Assembly: GCA_965247115.1 (NCBI GenBank)
Contig: CBDFGR010000002.1
Coordinates: 1,440,001 to 1,504,000, forward strand
Direction of reading: 5' to 3'
Origin: Myxococcota bacterium
Lineage (GTDB): Bacteria; Myxococcota_A; UBA9160; SZUA-336
Length of the DNA stretch: 64,000 bases
The notes below the pieces were generated by a model. It did not search any database. It was not told the DNA's origin and saw nothing but the letters and a program-made list of their open reading frames with translations. Of the stretch, positions 20,131 through 30,845 are shown one piece after another. The position numbers were made by a program, and so were the translations under genes. Numbering within the stretch: the first letter of the stretch is position 1; each line of letters begins with the position of its first letter.

Positions 20131-21486
20131 TCAGAAATACCGCAGCTGGACCATCATCTGTCGTTCGAGTCGCGGAATGGCCGTCTTGAGCGCAAAGATC
20201 ACGACGTGGTCGCCCGCCTCGATCACGTCATCACCAAAGGGGATCCGCACCTCGTCGCCCCGAACGATGGCGCCCACGATCGCGTCCGCGAAATCCGCTT
20301 CTCGGAGCGGTTTGCCGACCAGCTCCGAGGTCTCGAGCGCGATGATCTCCAACGCCTCGGCTCCGGACTCTCCCACGCTTGTGACCGAGACGACCTTGCC
20401 CTTGCGGATGAAGTGGAGGATCGCCGACACCGCAGCGAGGTGCGGGCTGACGACCGCGTCGATCCCGATGTGCGAGACGAGCCCGGCATAGGAGAGCTTG
20501 TTCACCAGCGCCATCACGCGGCCCGCTCCCGAGCGCTTGGCGAGTAGAGAGGCGAGGATGTTGTCTTCCTCGTCGCGCGTCAGCGCGAGGAAGGCGTCCG
20601 TCGTCTCGATGCTCTCCTCTCGCAGCAGCTCCGGATCCGTACCGGAGCCCTGCAGGATGACGCTGCGCTCGAGTCTCTCCGCGAGGTACTTGCAGCGCTG
20701 CGGGTCCGACTCGATGATCTTCGGCACGATGTCTTCGGCTTCGAGCATGCGCGCAAGGTAGTAGCCGATGTTTCCACCGCCGCTGATCACGATACGGCGC
20801 GCCTCGATGTCAGGCTTGCCAAGCAGCTCCGCGAGCCTGCCGAGTGCAGCCGGGCTGCCAGCGACGTACAGCTGATCGCCCAGACGAATCCGCGTCTTCC
20901 CCTCAGGGATGAGCATCTGGCCGTCGCGCAGGATCGCCACGACGTTGCAGTCGATCCCGAGACGCGTCTTGAAGTCGTAGAGCGCGGCGTCCACAACCTC
21001 GCTCTCCGTATCCAGGGCGAACGCGACCACCTGGACGCGCCCCCCGGCGAACTCGAGCACGCGCACCGCGCCCGGGACGCGCAGCGTCTTCAAGACGATC
21101 TGCGCGGCTTCTTCCTCGGGATTGATGTTCAGGTCCAGCGGGTCGTCGCCGAAAATGGCGGGCACCGCCTGCGCCAGGTCCGGATCGCGCACGCGCGCGA
21201 TCTTTGTCGGAATCACCGTCTCGTGCGAGGCCACCATGCACGAGACGATGTTGATCTCGTCCGAGTTCGTGACGGCAATGATCATCTCGGCGTCTTCCAG
21301 GCCGGCCGAGCGCAACACCGAGGGGTTCGAGCCGTTTCCATGCACAACCTGGACGTCGGCGACTTCACGCAGCTGCGGCACGCGCTCGAGGTCGCTCTCG
21401 ATGATGACGACATCCTTGCGCTCTGACGACAGGCGGCGCGCGAGCGTAGCCCCGATATCCCCGCCCCCGATGATCAGGATGCTCAC
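20131..21486 (-). CDS. trkA: Trk potassium uptake system NAD-binding protein
   Basis: Two RCK_N/RCK_C repeats (IIGGGDIG; ISGGGNIG), IAVTNSDEIN; GTG start at 21486. Confidence 0.93.
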   Translation of the reverse strand: MSILIIGGGDIGATLARRLSSERKDVVIIESDLERVPQLREVADVQVVHGNGSNPSVLRSAGLEDAEMIIAVTNSDEINIVSCMVASHETVIPTKIARVRDPDLAQAVPAIFGDDPLDLNINPEEEAAQIVLKTLRVPGAVRVLEFAGGRVQVVAFALDTESEVVDAALYDFKTRLGIDCNVVAILRDGQMLIPEGKTRIRLGDQLYVAGSPAALGRLAELLGKPDIEARRIVISGGGNIGYYLARMLEAEDIVPKIIESDPQRCKYLAERLERSVILQGSGTDPELLREESIETTDAFLALTRDEEDNILASLLAKRSGAGRVMALVNKLSYAGLVSHIGIDAVVSPHLAAVSAILHFIRKGKVVSVTSVGESGAEALEIIALETSELVGKPLREADFADAIVGAIVRGDEVRIPFGDDVIEAGDHVVIFALKTAIPRLERQMMVQLRYF

Positions 21487-21500
21487 GGGCCGGATTATAG

Positions 21501-21739
21501 CGCGAGTCTTATGGGACCCGGCGCGCGAGCGGTCGCGCGCCACCCACCTTCGCTCAGGGCTATGCCCTTCGCTGCGCGCGCCGCGTACCGCGGCGCTTGC
21601 AAGGTTGCCGGTGCGTCAGGAAATCAACGCGTGGGTGGAGCCGCAAACCGCGCCGTAGGCGCGGTGCGCAGTGAGCCGTAGGCGAACGAAGAGCGGGTGG
21701 CGCGCGACCGCTCGCGCGCCGGGTCCCGCAAGACACGCG
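21501..21739. repeat. Intergenic inverted-repeat element (MITE/REP-like)
   Basis: Perfect 33-bp inverted repeats at 21513-21545 and 21695-21727, extendable to 45 bp with 3 mismatches, enclosing several short hairpins. Confidence 0.8.
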
Positions 21740-21772
21740 CCGGGTCCCGCAAGGCAGGCCCGCAAGGCAGAC

Positions 21773-22810
21773 TCAGGCGGATCTGGCGGCGACTCGGCGT
21801 TCGAGCTCTTCGACCAGAAAGTCGCGCATGTTGCGGACTTCTTCCGGGACGCGTTGCTCGAAGAGGTGGCGCGCCTCGCCGAGCTCGGGCTCGAGGTTGG
21901 CGATCGCGTTTCCCTCGCTCACACCCTTCGCGAACTTCTCCTCGTTGTAGAGGATGATGTCGGACACCGCGATGCGGGCGAGGCGCTCGGCGGAGACGAC
22001 CGCCGGGTCGTCGGAGCCGGAGCCCGGCGGCTGCCTTCGCGACTTGCGCGCGGCGGGCTGGGGCAGGTCCGCCTCGGCGTCCGACGGCGCCGCGGGCGCG
22101 GGCTGCGGTGCGGCCTGCGGTGTGGCCTGCGGCGGCGGCAAGGGCTCGGCGGTCGCGGACTCCGCAGCTCTGGGTTGCTGCGGGAGTTCCACAGGCAGCT
22201 TGGCGGTATCGACGTCGCTGGATGGAGCGTGTCCGACGGCGAGGCGGCGAAGCACCGCGGCCAGGCCCTCCCCGACCTCCCCTGGCTCGAGCACCTCGTT
22301 CGCCTCGAACTCCGGCGCACCTGCGGGCTCGTCCATTGGAGCGATGCGGACCAACGGAATGATCCGCAGATCCTCGGCGCGCCGAGCGATCTCGGTGATG
22401 ACGGGAGCCGTCACGCCGGGCAGGTGCCCGCCGAGAATGGCGAGATCGGGGGTCTTGCGAAACAGGCGCAGGAGTGCCTGCCCCCCATCGGCAACCACCT
22501 CCGCCTCGACCCTCCAACGATGGAGAGTGCTTGTGATCCGCTTCGCCACGTCGGCATCGGCCTCCGCAACCAGCGCGCGAGCGACGAACTTGCCCGCGGG
22601 TGGCGCATCCTGCGCAGGCTTTGCGGCGCTAGCCTCCGCGGCCTGCGGCGGCGGCTCTGTTGTCTGGCTGGCTGCGGGCTCGACGGGCTTCGGGGCCTGC
22701 ACGCGGAACACGGTCTTGCACTTGGAGCAGCGAATGCGAACGCCCTGGGGACCGACCTTCTCGCGCGCGAGTCGATAGCGGGTCTTGCACTGCGGGCACA
22801 GGGCGATCAT
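21773..22810 (-). CDS. MJ0042-type zinc ribbon + pseudo-receiver + Pro-rich linker + C-terminal helical (RomX-like) domain protein
   Basis: CPQC..CSKC ribbon; REC-like ALVAEAD...PDLAILGGHLP; C-terminal AERLARIAVSDIILYNEEK...ELGEARHLFEQRV; SD AGGAGG. Confidence 0.75.
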   Translation of the reverse strand: MIALCPQCKTRYRLAREKVGPQGVRIRCSKCKTVFRVQAPKPVEPAASQTTEPPPQAAEASAAKPAQDAPPAGKFVARALVAEADADVAKRITSTLHRWRVEAEVVADGGQALLRLFRKTPDLAILGGHLPGVTAPVITEIARRAEDLRIIPLVRIAPMDEPAGAPEFEANEVLEPGEVGEGLAAVLRRLAVGHAPSSDVDTAKLPVELPQQPRAAESATAEPLPPPQATPQAAPQPAPAAPSDAEADLPQPAARKSRRQPPGSGSDDPAVVSAERLARIAVSDIILYNEEKFAKGVSEGNAIANLEPELGEARHLFEQRVPEEVRNMRDFLVEELERRVAARSA

Positions 22811-22847
22811 CGCGCCTCCTGCTGCGCATCGGAGCGAAGCACCGGAG

Positions 22848-22875
22848 TTATCGGTCCGTACAGGGAGCCCCTTTA
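22848..22875 (-). promoter_or_regulatory. Sigma28 (FliA/SigD)-like promoter
   Basis: TAAAG-N15-ACCGATAA upstream of the zinc-ribbon gene. Confidence 0.65.
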
Positions 22876-22960
22876 CGCGGCGACATCGGCCCTGTGCTCT
22901 GGCGGCCCCTTCTGTGTAGAGCTGTCGTCCGACGTCGCGCGCCGGAGTAGACAGGTCTGC

Positions 22961-23395
22961 TCAGAGCCGGGCCGCTCCGCGCTCGCGCCCGAGCACATCG
23001 AGCACTCCGTTCACGAACGCAGGTGACGCCTGGCTCGCGAAACGCCTCGCGATCTCGACCGCCTCGTCAATGATCACTTCGGTCGGCGTCTCCTCCAGGA
23101 GCAGCTCATACGCGGCGACGCGGAGGATGTTCCGGTCCACCGTGGCGATGCGGTGGATCTGCCAGTTCGTGCTGGCACGGCCGATGTTCTCGTCGATCTG
23201 CTTCAGGTTCTCGGCCACGCCCCGAGCAAGCTCCTGGGCCCATCGGCGCGCCCGGCTGGGCAGCGAGAACTCTCGCGCGACCTCCTCGAAGCAGGCCACG
23301 ACGCTCTCCGGGTTCACCTCACCGGACAGGTCCGCTGCGAACAGCACCTGGAGCGCGGTCTCGCGTGCCATTCTGCGCGGCCCAGCGCTTCCCAC
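22961..23395 (-). CDS. nusB: Transcription antitermination factor NusB
   Basis: RRMARETALQVLF, WQIHRIATVDRNILR, FVNGVLD. Confidence 0.96.
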   Translation of the reverse strand: MGSAGPRRMARETALQVLFAADLSGEVNPESVVACFEEVAREFSLPSRARRWAQELARGVAENLKQIDENIGRASTNWQIHRIATVDRNILRVAAYELLLEETPTEVIIDEAVEIARRFASQASPAFVNGVLDVLGRERGAARL

Positions 23396-23397
23396 GC

Positions 23398-23874
23398 TCA
23401 GGGCCCCTTCTCCAGGGCAGCCAGCAAGCTCGTCATCTCGACCGCCACCTCTGCCGCCTCCACACCCTTGTTCACGCCAGGCTCGCCGGGTGCGGCCGCC
23501 CGCGCCAGCGCCTGCTCGACCGTCTCGGCGGTGATCACGCAGAACGCCACCGGGATGGCGTGCTCCATGCCGACCTGTCGAATCCCGTCCGTGACTCCCC
23601 GGCAGACGTAGTCGAAGTGCGGCGTATCGCCTCGCACGATGACAGCGATGGCAATGAGCGCGTCGTAGCGTCCACTACGCGCCGCCTGCTGTGCCCCGAG
23701 CGGCACCTCGAAGGCTCCTGGCACCCACATCACCTCCGCCTCCTCGCAGCCGAGCTCGCGCAGGCGCAGCTCGCAGCCCTCGAGCAGGCGACTCGTGATC
23801 AGGTGATTGAAGCGGGCGACGACCACACCGATGCGCAGGTCCTCACCGGCAAGCTTCGTCTCGATGGTTCGCAT
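23398..23874 (-). CDS. ribH: 6,7-dimethyl-8-ribityllumazine synthase
   Basis: VVARFN, VPGAFEVP, VRGDTPHFDYV, NKGVEAA. Confidence 0.96.
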   Translation of the reverse strand: MRTIETKLAGEDLRIGVVVARFNHLITSRLLEGCELRLRELGCEEAEVMWVPGAFEVPLGAQQAARSGRYDALIAIAVIVRGDTPHFDYVCRGVTDGIRQVGMEHAIPVAFCVITAETVEQALARAAAPGEPGVNKGVEAAEVAVEMTSLLAALEKGP

Positions 23875-23878
23875 CGCC

Positions 23879-24991
23879 CTACCATTCCGCCGTCACGAGA
23901 AGGTCGTCTCCCAGCCTACGGCTGGCAACTGTGCGCGGGTGGAGCGCTTGTTTCAAGCGCTCCACTCCGAGCTCGCCGATCACCGGTAGACCGTCAGAGC
24001 CGATGAGCAGGGGGGCAAGAAAGAGGTGCATCCGGTCGACGAGGCCGGCACGCAGCAGCGCGGCGGCCAGCTCGCCTCCCCCCTCGACGAGCAGGTCGTT
24101 GACGCCGAGCCGCCCGAGCTTCCGCCAGGCGTCCCGCAGGTCGAGTGAGCGCCCCCGCGTGCGCACGTCGACGAGCCGAGCACCCGCTCGCTCGAGCTGC
24201 TTGCGCTTGCGCGGGGCGGCTCGGCTCGCGGTGAGGATCCAGGCGCCTCCCGGCTGTTCGGGATCGAGGAGCCTCGCGCTCGCAGGAGTGCGCAGCCTGG
24301 AGTCGACGACGATTCGGGTCGGGCGATGCAGGACCCGTGCACCGCGCCGCTGCGTGAGCGCGGGATCGTCGGCGACCGCGGTCGCGGAGCCCACTGCGAT
24401 CGCGTCCACCCTTCCACGCAGCTGCTGGACGAACGCGCGGGACCTGGGTCCGCTGATCCAGCGCGACTCACCGCGCGCCGTCGCGATCCGGCCGTCGAAG
24501 CTGGCCGCGAGCTTCAGCGTGGTGAAGGGGCGACCGCGCTCGATGCGCGAAACGAAGCCGGCGTTGAGCCGCCTGCACTCCTCAGCGAGCGTACCCAAGT
24601 CGACCTGCAGGCCCGCCCGCCGCAGCTTGCGGATGCCCTTGCCCGAGGTTCGCGGATCGGGATCCCTCATGCTGACGACGACTCTGCGGACGCCAGACGC
24701 CAGCACCGCATCGACACAGGGAGGTGTACGCCCGGTGTGGGCACAGGGCTCCAGTGTCACGTAGAGCGTGGCGCCCCGCGCGGCCTTTCCGGCTCGTGCG
24801 AGCGCAGTGGCCTCGGCATGCCGACCGCCGGCGCGCGTGTGGTGGCCCCGCGCTACGCGCCGTCCGCCCCGGACAACCACGCTACCCACCAGCGGATTCG
24901 GGGCCGTCCTCCCGCGGGCGCGCGCGGCCAGCCGGAGCGCCTCACCCATGAAGACCCGGTCTGCTTCGCTCGTCGATCCCGTCCTACCCAC
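23879..24991 (-). CDS. ribD: Bifunctional riboflavin deaminase/reductase RibD
   Basis: PNPLVG, HAE, LEPCAHTGRTPPC, SFDGRIAT, LLVEGG; GTG start at 24991 overlaps the nrdR stop. Confidence 0.95.
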   Translation of the reverse strand: MGRTGSTSEADRVFMGEALRLAARARGRTAPNPLVGSVVVRGGRRVARGHHTRAGGRHAEATALARAGKAARGATLYVTLEPCAHTGRTPPCVDAVLASGVRRVVVSMRDPDPRTSGKGIRKLRRAGLQVDLGTLAEECRRLNAGFVSRIERGRPFTTLKLAASFDGRIATARGESRWISGPRSRAFVQQLRGRVDAIAVGSATAVADDPALTQRRGARVLHRPTRIVVDSRLRTPASARLLDPEQPGGAWILTASRAAPRKRKQLERAGARLVDVRTRGRSLDLRDAWRKLGRLGVNDLLVEGGGELAAALLRAGLVDRMHLFLAPLLIGSDGLPVIGELGVERLKQALHPRTVASRRLGDDLLVTAEW

Positions 24992-25445
24992 TGTGCGCGG
25001 GGTCGATCTCGTCAAGCGCGTCCCGGAACTCCTCGATCGTGCGGAAGCCGAGGTACACGGAGGAAAAGCGTAGCCAGGCGACTGGATCGAGCGCGCGGAG
25101 CTCGAGCTGCGCCTCGTCCCCGATGCGCGTGCTCGGCACCTCGCGCTCGCCGAGGTCCAGGATGACCCGCTCAACGCGCTGGACTGCATCCTCGACGGCA
25201 TCCGCACTGACCGGTCGCTTCTGACAGGCCTTCTGCAGACCCTGGACGATCTTCAGCCGATCAAAGGCCTCCCTGCGGCCGTCACGCTTCGCGACGAGGG
25301 GCAGCAGATCCTCGATGCGCTCGTAGGTCGTGAAACGCCTACCGCACTCCGAGCACTCGCGACGGCGCCGCTTGACCGGCGCGTCGCGCTGGTTCCTGGC
25401 GTCGATCACCTTGGTGTCGGGGTGATCACAGAACGGGCAACGCAA
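24984..25445 (-). CDS. nrdR: Transcriptional repressor NrdR
   Basis: TTG start; MRCPFC...RRRRECSECGRRFTTYE, ATP cone KRDGRREAFDR. Confidence 0.95.
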   Translation of the reverse strand: MRCPFCDHPDTKVIDARNQRDAPVKRRRRECSECGRRFTTYERIEDLLPLVAKRDGRREAFDRLKIVQGLQKACQKRPVSADAVEDAVQRVERVILDLGEREVPSTRIGDEAQLELRALDPVAWLRFSSVYLGFRTIEEFRDALDEIDPAHSG

Positions 25446-25459
25446 GTCCCTCGGCTCCT

Positions 25460-26704
25460 CTACTCGGGAGGGGTGTACGGGAGGGGGAAACGCGCGGAGA
25501 GCTCTGCGACCGATGCCTTGACGCTCGCCTGGAGCTGCTCGTCGTCGGGGCTCTCGAGGACGTCGGCCATCCAGTCCGCAATCTGCAGCATCTCGGTCTG
25601 ACCCATCCTGCGGGTGGTGACGGCGGGCGTCCCCACGCGCAGCCCGCTCGTGACCCACGGAGAACGCTCCTCACCGGGAACGGTGCTCTTGGACGTGGTG
25701 ATCCCGGCGCGGTCGAGACGTCTCTGGGCCTTGAGGCCAGAGAGAGCCCGGTCCCGGAAGTCGAGAACGAACAGATGGTTGTCGGTCCCGCCGGAGACAA
25801 CCTGAAAGCCGCGCTCCAGCATGCGCACCGCCATGACCCTGGCGTTGGCGATGATCTGCTCGGCGTAGGCCTTGAAGTCGGGCTGGCTCGCCTCCTCCAG
25901 CGCCACCGCCTTGGCCGCGATCACGTGCTCGAGCGGGCCGCCCTGCGTCAGCGGGAACACCGCCCGATCGATCGCGTCCGCGTGTTCGGAGTCGCACAGG
26001 ATCATGCCCCCGCGGGGGCCGCGCAGGGTCTTGTGCGTGGTCGTGGTCACCACGCCGGCGTGGCCGGTGGGAGAGGGGTGCACGCCAGCCGCGACCAGTC
26101 CTGCGATGTGCGCGATGTCGGCGAACAGCACGGCCCCCACCTCGCGCGCGATATCACCAAAAGCCTCGAAGTCGATGGTCCGCGAGTAGGCGGTGTAGCC
26201 ACACTGGATCATCTTCGGCCGGTGCCGGCGTGCCAGGTCGCGCACTTGGTCGTAGTCGATGCGCTGGTCGCCCTCGGCCACGCCGTAGCGCAGGAACTGG
26301 AACAGCTGTCCCGAGAAGTTCACGGGCGAGCCGTGCGTCAGGTGGCCGCCGTGGCTGAGCTCCATCCCGAGGATGGTGTCGCCGGGCTCGAGTACCGCGA
26401 AGTAAGCGGCCATGTTCGCCGCCGAGCCTGAGTGCGGCTGTACGTTCGCGTGGTCTGAGCCGAACAGCCGCTTTGCCCGCGCGATCGCGAGGTTTTCTGC
26501 GACGTCGACGAACTCGCACCCACCGTAGTAGCGCTTGCCAGGGTAGCCTTCGGCGTACTTGTTCGTGAGTGGAGTTCCCAGCGCCGCAAGCACCGCCGGC
26601 GAGGCAAAGTTCTCGCTCGCGATCAGCTCGATGCTCGACTCCTGCCGCTCGACCTCGCACGCGATCGCCGCCGCGATCTCCGGGTCCACGTCTCGCAGGC
26701 TCAT
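25460..26704 (-). CDS. glyA: Serine hydroxymethyltransferase
   Basis: [35 protein letters not shown]. Confidence 0.98.
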   Translation of the reverse strand: MSLRDVDPEIAAAIACEVERQESSIELIASENFASPAVLAALGTPLTNKYAEGYPGKRYYGGCEFVDVAENLAIARAKRLFGSDHANVQPHSGSAANMAAYFAVLEPGDTILGMELSHGGHLTHGSPVNFSGQLFQFLRYGVAEGDQRIDYDQVRDLARRHRPKMIQCGYTAYSRTIDFEAFGDIAREVGAVLFADIAHIAGLVAAGVHPSPTGHAGVVTTTTHKTLRGPRGGMILCDSEHADAIDRAVFPLTQGGPLEHVIAAKAVALEEASQPDFKAYAEQIIANARVMAVRMLERGFQVVSGGTDNHLFVLDFRDRALSGLKAQRRLDRAGITTSKSTVPGEERSPWVTSGLRVGTPAVTTRRMGQTEMLQIADWMADVLESPDDEQLQASVKASVAELSARFPLPYTPPE

Positions 26705-26737
26705 CGCGTCACCCCCCGAAGGCCCGAGAACGTAGCA

Positions 26738-28012
26738 CTACTCCTCATCGTAGCGAGCAATCGCCAGGGTTCCGTTCGTGCCGCCGAACCCGAAGGAGTT
26801 CGACAGCCCCACGCGCACCGGGGTCTCGCGCATCACGTTCGGCACGTAGTCGAGATCGCAGTCCGGATCTGGGTCGGTGTAGTTGATTGTCGGAGGGATC
26901 TTGCCGTCCCGAATCGTCAGGATCGTGAAGATGGCCTCGATACCGCCGGCGCCTCCGAGCGCGTGGCCGGTCATCGACTTGGTCGACGAGACCGCCAGCT
27001 CGTCGGCGTGCTCTCCGAAGACCTGGCGGATCGCGTAGGTCTCGATCTTGTCGTTGTACTCGGTGCTGGTCCCGTGGGCGTTGATGTAGTTGACATCTCC
27101 GGGAGCGAGCTCCCCGTCCGCGAGCGCCTTGCGCATCGCTAGCTGCGCGCCCACACCATCGTCGGGCGGGGCCGTAATGTGGTGGGCATCTGCGGACATC
27201 CCGTAGCCCACAATCTCGGCGTGAATCCGCGCGCCACGCCGGAGCGCGTGCTCCAGGCTCTCGAGCACCACGACGCCGCCGCCTTCGGCACATACGAAGC
27301 CGTCCCGACCCCGGTCGAAGGGCCTGCTGGCACGCTCCGGGTCGTCGTTGCGCGTCGAAAGCGCCCGCATTGTGGCAAAGCCGCCGAGCCCGAGCCGGGT
27401 CACGGGCGCCTCCGCGCCCCCCGCGATCATCGCGTCGGCGTCGCCGCGCTGAATGATCCGCGCGGCATCTCCAATAGCATGGGTGCCGGTCGTGCAGGCG
27501 GTCACCACGCAAGAGTTGGGACCGCGGGCCCCGTAGCGGATCGAGATCAGTCCCGAGGCCATGTTCGCGATCGCACTGGGAACGAAGAAGGGCGAGATCT
27601 TCATCGGTCCGCGGGAAAGCAGCGTCCGGCAGTTGTCCAGCATCGTGGTCAGGCCCGCGATGCCGGAGCCAACGAGCACGCCCGTTCTGTCTGCTTTCTC
27701 CGCGCTCACCTCGAGGCCCGAGTCCGCCATGGCCTCGACTGCAGCAGCCATCGAGAAGTGCAGGTACGGATCGAGGCGTCGCGCCTCCTTCTTATCCATC
27801 ACCGTGAGCGGGTCGAAGCCCTTTAGCTGACCCGCGATCGTCACGCTGCAGTCGTCCACCGGGAAGCCCTCGACTGGAGCGATGCCCGAGCTCCCCTTGA
27901 GCAACGCGTTCCAGGTCGTCGCGACATCGTTGCCGAGCGGGTTCACGGTCCCCATCCCCGTGACCACCACACGGCGCAGCTCAACCGTCCGGCTCGTCAG
28001 ACGCGAGGCCAC
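26738..28012 (-). CDS. fabF: 3-oxoacyl-ACP synthase II
   Basis: RRVVVTGMG, TACTTG, NAHGTST, KSMTGH, SNSFGFGGTN. Confidence 0.97.
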   Translation of the reverse strand: MASRLTSRTVELRRVVVTGMGTVNPLGNDVATTWNALLKGSSGIAPVEGFPVDDCSVTIAGQLKGFDPLTVMDKKEARRLDPYLHFSMAAAVEAMADSGLEVSAEKADRTGVLVGSGIAGLTTMLDNCRTLLSRGPMKISPFFVPSAIANMASGLISIRYGARGPNSCVVTACTTGTHAIGDAARIIQRGDADAMIAGGAEAPVTRLGLGGFATMRALSTRNDDPERASRPFDRGRDGFVCAEGGGVVVLESLEHALRRGARIHAEIVGYGMSADAHHITAPPDDGVGAQLAMRKALADGELAPGDVNYINAHGTSTEYNDKIETYAIRQVFGEHADELAVSSTKSMTGHALGGAGGIEAIFTILTIRDGKIPPTINYTDPDPDCDLDYVPNVMRETPVRVGLSNSFGFGGTNGTLAIARYDEE

Positions 28013-28015
28013 TGC

Positions 28016-28252
28016 TCAGGCTTTCGTCTTTTCATCGACGTAGGTAACGGCATCCCCGATCGTCTGCATCCGCTCCGCGTCGTCGTCGGAGATCTCGAGG
28101 TCGAACTCCTCTTCGATCGCCATCACCAGCTCAACGATGTCCAGCGAGTCCGCGCCGAGATCGTCGATGAAGGATGCCTCCGGAACGACTTCGTCCGGAG
28201 CTACTCCGAGCTGCTCAACGATAATGTCTCGAACCTTCTCCACGACACCCAT
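28016..28252 (-). CDS. acpP: Acyl carrier protein
   Basis: [20 protein letters not shown]. Confidence 0.98.
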   Translation of the reverse strand: MGVVEKVRDIIVEQLGVAPDEVVPEASFIDDLGADSLDIVELVMAIEEEFDLEISDDDAERMQTIGDAVTYVDEKTKA

Positions 28253-28264
28253 CGTGCCCTCCGC

Positions 28265-29007
28265 TCAAACCAAGCCACCGTTCACGTGTATCACCTGGCC
28301 GGTGATATATCTCGCGTCGTCGGAAGCGAGAAAGCGTACCGCGCGAGCCACGTCTTCGACAGTGCCGAGCTCTCCAAGCGGAATGCGTGCCAGCAGCGCC
28401 TTCTGAGCCTCCTCGGGCAGCTCCGCAGTCATGTCCGTCTGGATGAAGCCCGGCGCAATGGCGTTCACCGTGATCCCTCGGCTGCCGAGCTCGCGCGAGA
28501 GCGAGCGGGTGAGGGCCTCGACGCCGCCCTTGCTGGCCGCGTAGCTCGACTGGCCGGGGTTTCCCATTTCCGCGACGACCGACGAGAGGTTGATGATGCG
28601 ACCGGCCCGCGCGCGGAGCATGGGCCGGCTCGCCGCCCGGCACAGGTTCCAGGTGCCGCGCAGGTTCGTCGCGATGACGGCGTCGAAGTCTTCGGGCTTC
28701 ATTCGCATGATGACCTGGTCTCGGGTGATCCCGGCGTTGTTCACGAGGATGTCGAGGCGCCCCTCCTGCTTGACGACATCCGCGACCAGCGTATCGACAG
28801 CGTCGCCGTCGGCGACGTCACACCGCACCGCGCGGCAGTTGCCTGCATCCTCCTCGATCCGCTTCTCCGTCTCGCGCGCCCCGTCCGGACTGCTCTTGTA
28901 GGTGAAGACCACGTTGGCGCGGGCATGCGCCAGCTCGATGCAGATCGCCTGGCCGATGCCGCGAGAGCCACCGGTAACGAGCGCGATGCGCTCGTCCAGC
29001 ACGCCGC

Positions 29008-29011
<4 letters not shown>
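28265..29011 (-). CDS. fabG: 3-oxoacyl-ACP reductase
   Basis: TGGSRGIG, NNAGITRD, YAASK; within the fab operon. Confidence 0.96.
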
Positions 29012-29943
<932 letters not shown>

Positions 29944-29973
29944 GGCGTGGGGGGGAGTGCAGGCCGTGCGGAC

Positions 29974-30165
29974 CTACACCTCGTCCTCCTTCTCGACCTC
30001 GAAGATCTGGCGCCCACGGTAGTGGCCGCACTCCGGGCAAACATGGTGCGGCAGCTTGTTGGCGCCACATTGCGGACAGGCCGAGAGGGAGCCGGTGTGC
30101 AGCCCTTGATGCGAGCGCCCCATGCGCGTCCTCGACTTCGACTTCTTCTTCTTCGGTTCCGCCAT
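29974..30165 (-). CDS. rpmF: 50S ribosomal protein L32 (Zn-binding type)
   Basis: MAEPKKKKSKSR...CPQCG..LPHHVCPECGHYRGR; ATG 30165. Confidence 0.95.
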   Translation of the reverse strand: MAEPKKKKSKSRTRMGRSHQGLHTGSLSACPQCGANKLPHHVCPECGHYRGRQIFEVEKEDEV

Positions 30166-30167
30166 TG

Positions 30168-30725
30168 CTACACGCGCCTCCGGCCCAGCAGCTGTGCGAG
30201 CTGCGCAAAGGGCCGATTCGTCGGCTCTGCGCGGCACGCACAGCTTTCTTTGTTCAGATTCCGCCCGCACACCTGACACAGACCCGGGCAGTCCTCGCGG
30301 CAGAGCGGCTGCATGGGCCACACCAGGGCCAGGATCTCCAGCACGACCGGAGCGAAGTTTAGCTCGTCGCCTGCGTAGCGCCCGAGCTCCAGATCCTGCT
30401 CATCGAGCTCGATTCCTCCCTCGGGGACGGCGCCCGGATCCGTTGCCGGCTCGAGCAGGAGCTCGACGGGCTCCGCGAACGCATGGGGGAACGGCTCGGC
30501 GCACCGGCCACAGGAGAGCTCCACAATGCCGGCGAGCCCACCTCGAAACAGGAGCCGCTGCCCGATTCGGTAGGCCTCCATATCGACCCGGAACGGCTCG
30601 CGCACCCGCGCGCCGGGCTCCTGGAAGATCTCGCGGGCCTCCTCCCACCAGTCCGCGGAGGTCTGCAGCAGGATCTGGCGCGGCGCTTCCTCGACGCTCT
30701 CGACTCGAATGCAAAGCTCGTCCAT
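30168..30725 (-). CDS. yceD: DUF177/YceD family protein
   Basis: CGRC, PLCREDCPGLCQVCGRNLN; upstream of rpmF. Confidence 0.9.
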   Translation of the reverse strand: MDELCIRVESVEEAPRQILLQTSADWWEEAREIFQEPGARVREPFRVDMEAYRIGQRLLFRGGLAGIVELSCGRCAEPFPHAFAEPVELLLEPATDPGAVPEGGIELDEQDLELGRYAGDELNFAPVVLEILALVWPMQPLCREDCPGLCQVCGRNLNKESCACRAEPTNRPFAQLAQLLGRRRV

Positions 30726-30845
30726 CGGCTCTCGGGTGCCGCGAAAAGCCTTTTGCCACGCGGACTTGAATGGTTTCTGTGTTTAGGTCGCAGGGCTCGC
30801 GTTGTCAAGCCGGCGCACTGGCAAGGCAACGCTAGAATGCGCCGG

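Noticed and set aside
21501..21772. CRISPR array, or N-terminal extension of trkA (ORF start 21543)
   Set aside because: The repeats are inverted rather than regularly spaced direct repeats, and there are no cas genes. The trkA extension is just the repeat arm; GTG 21486 fits the family start.
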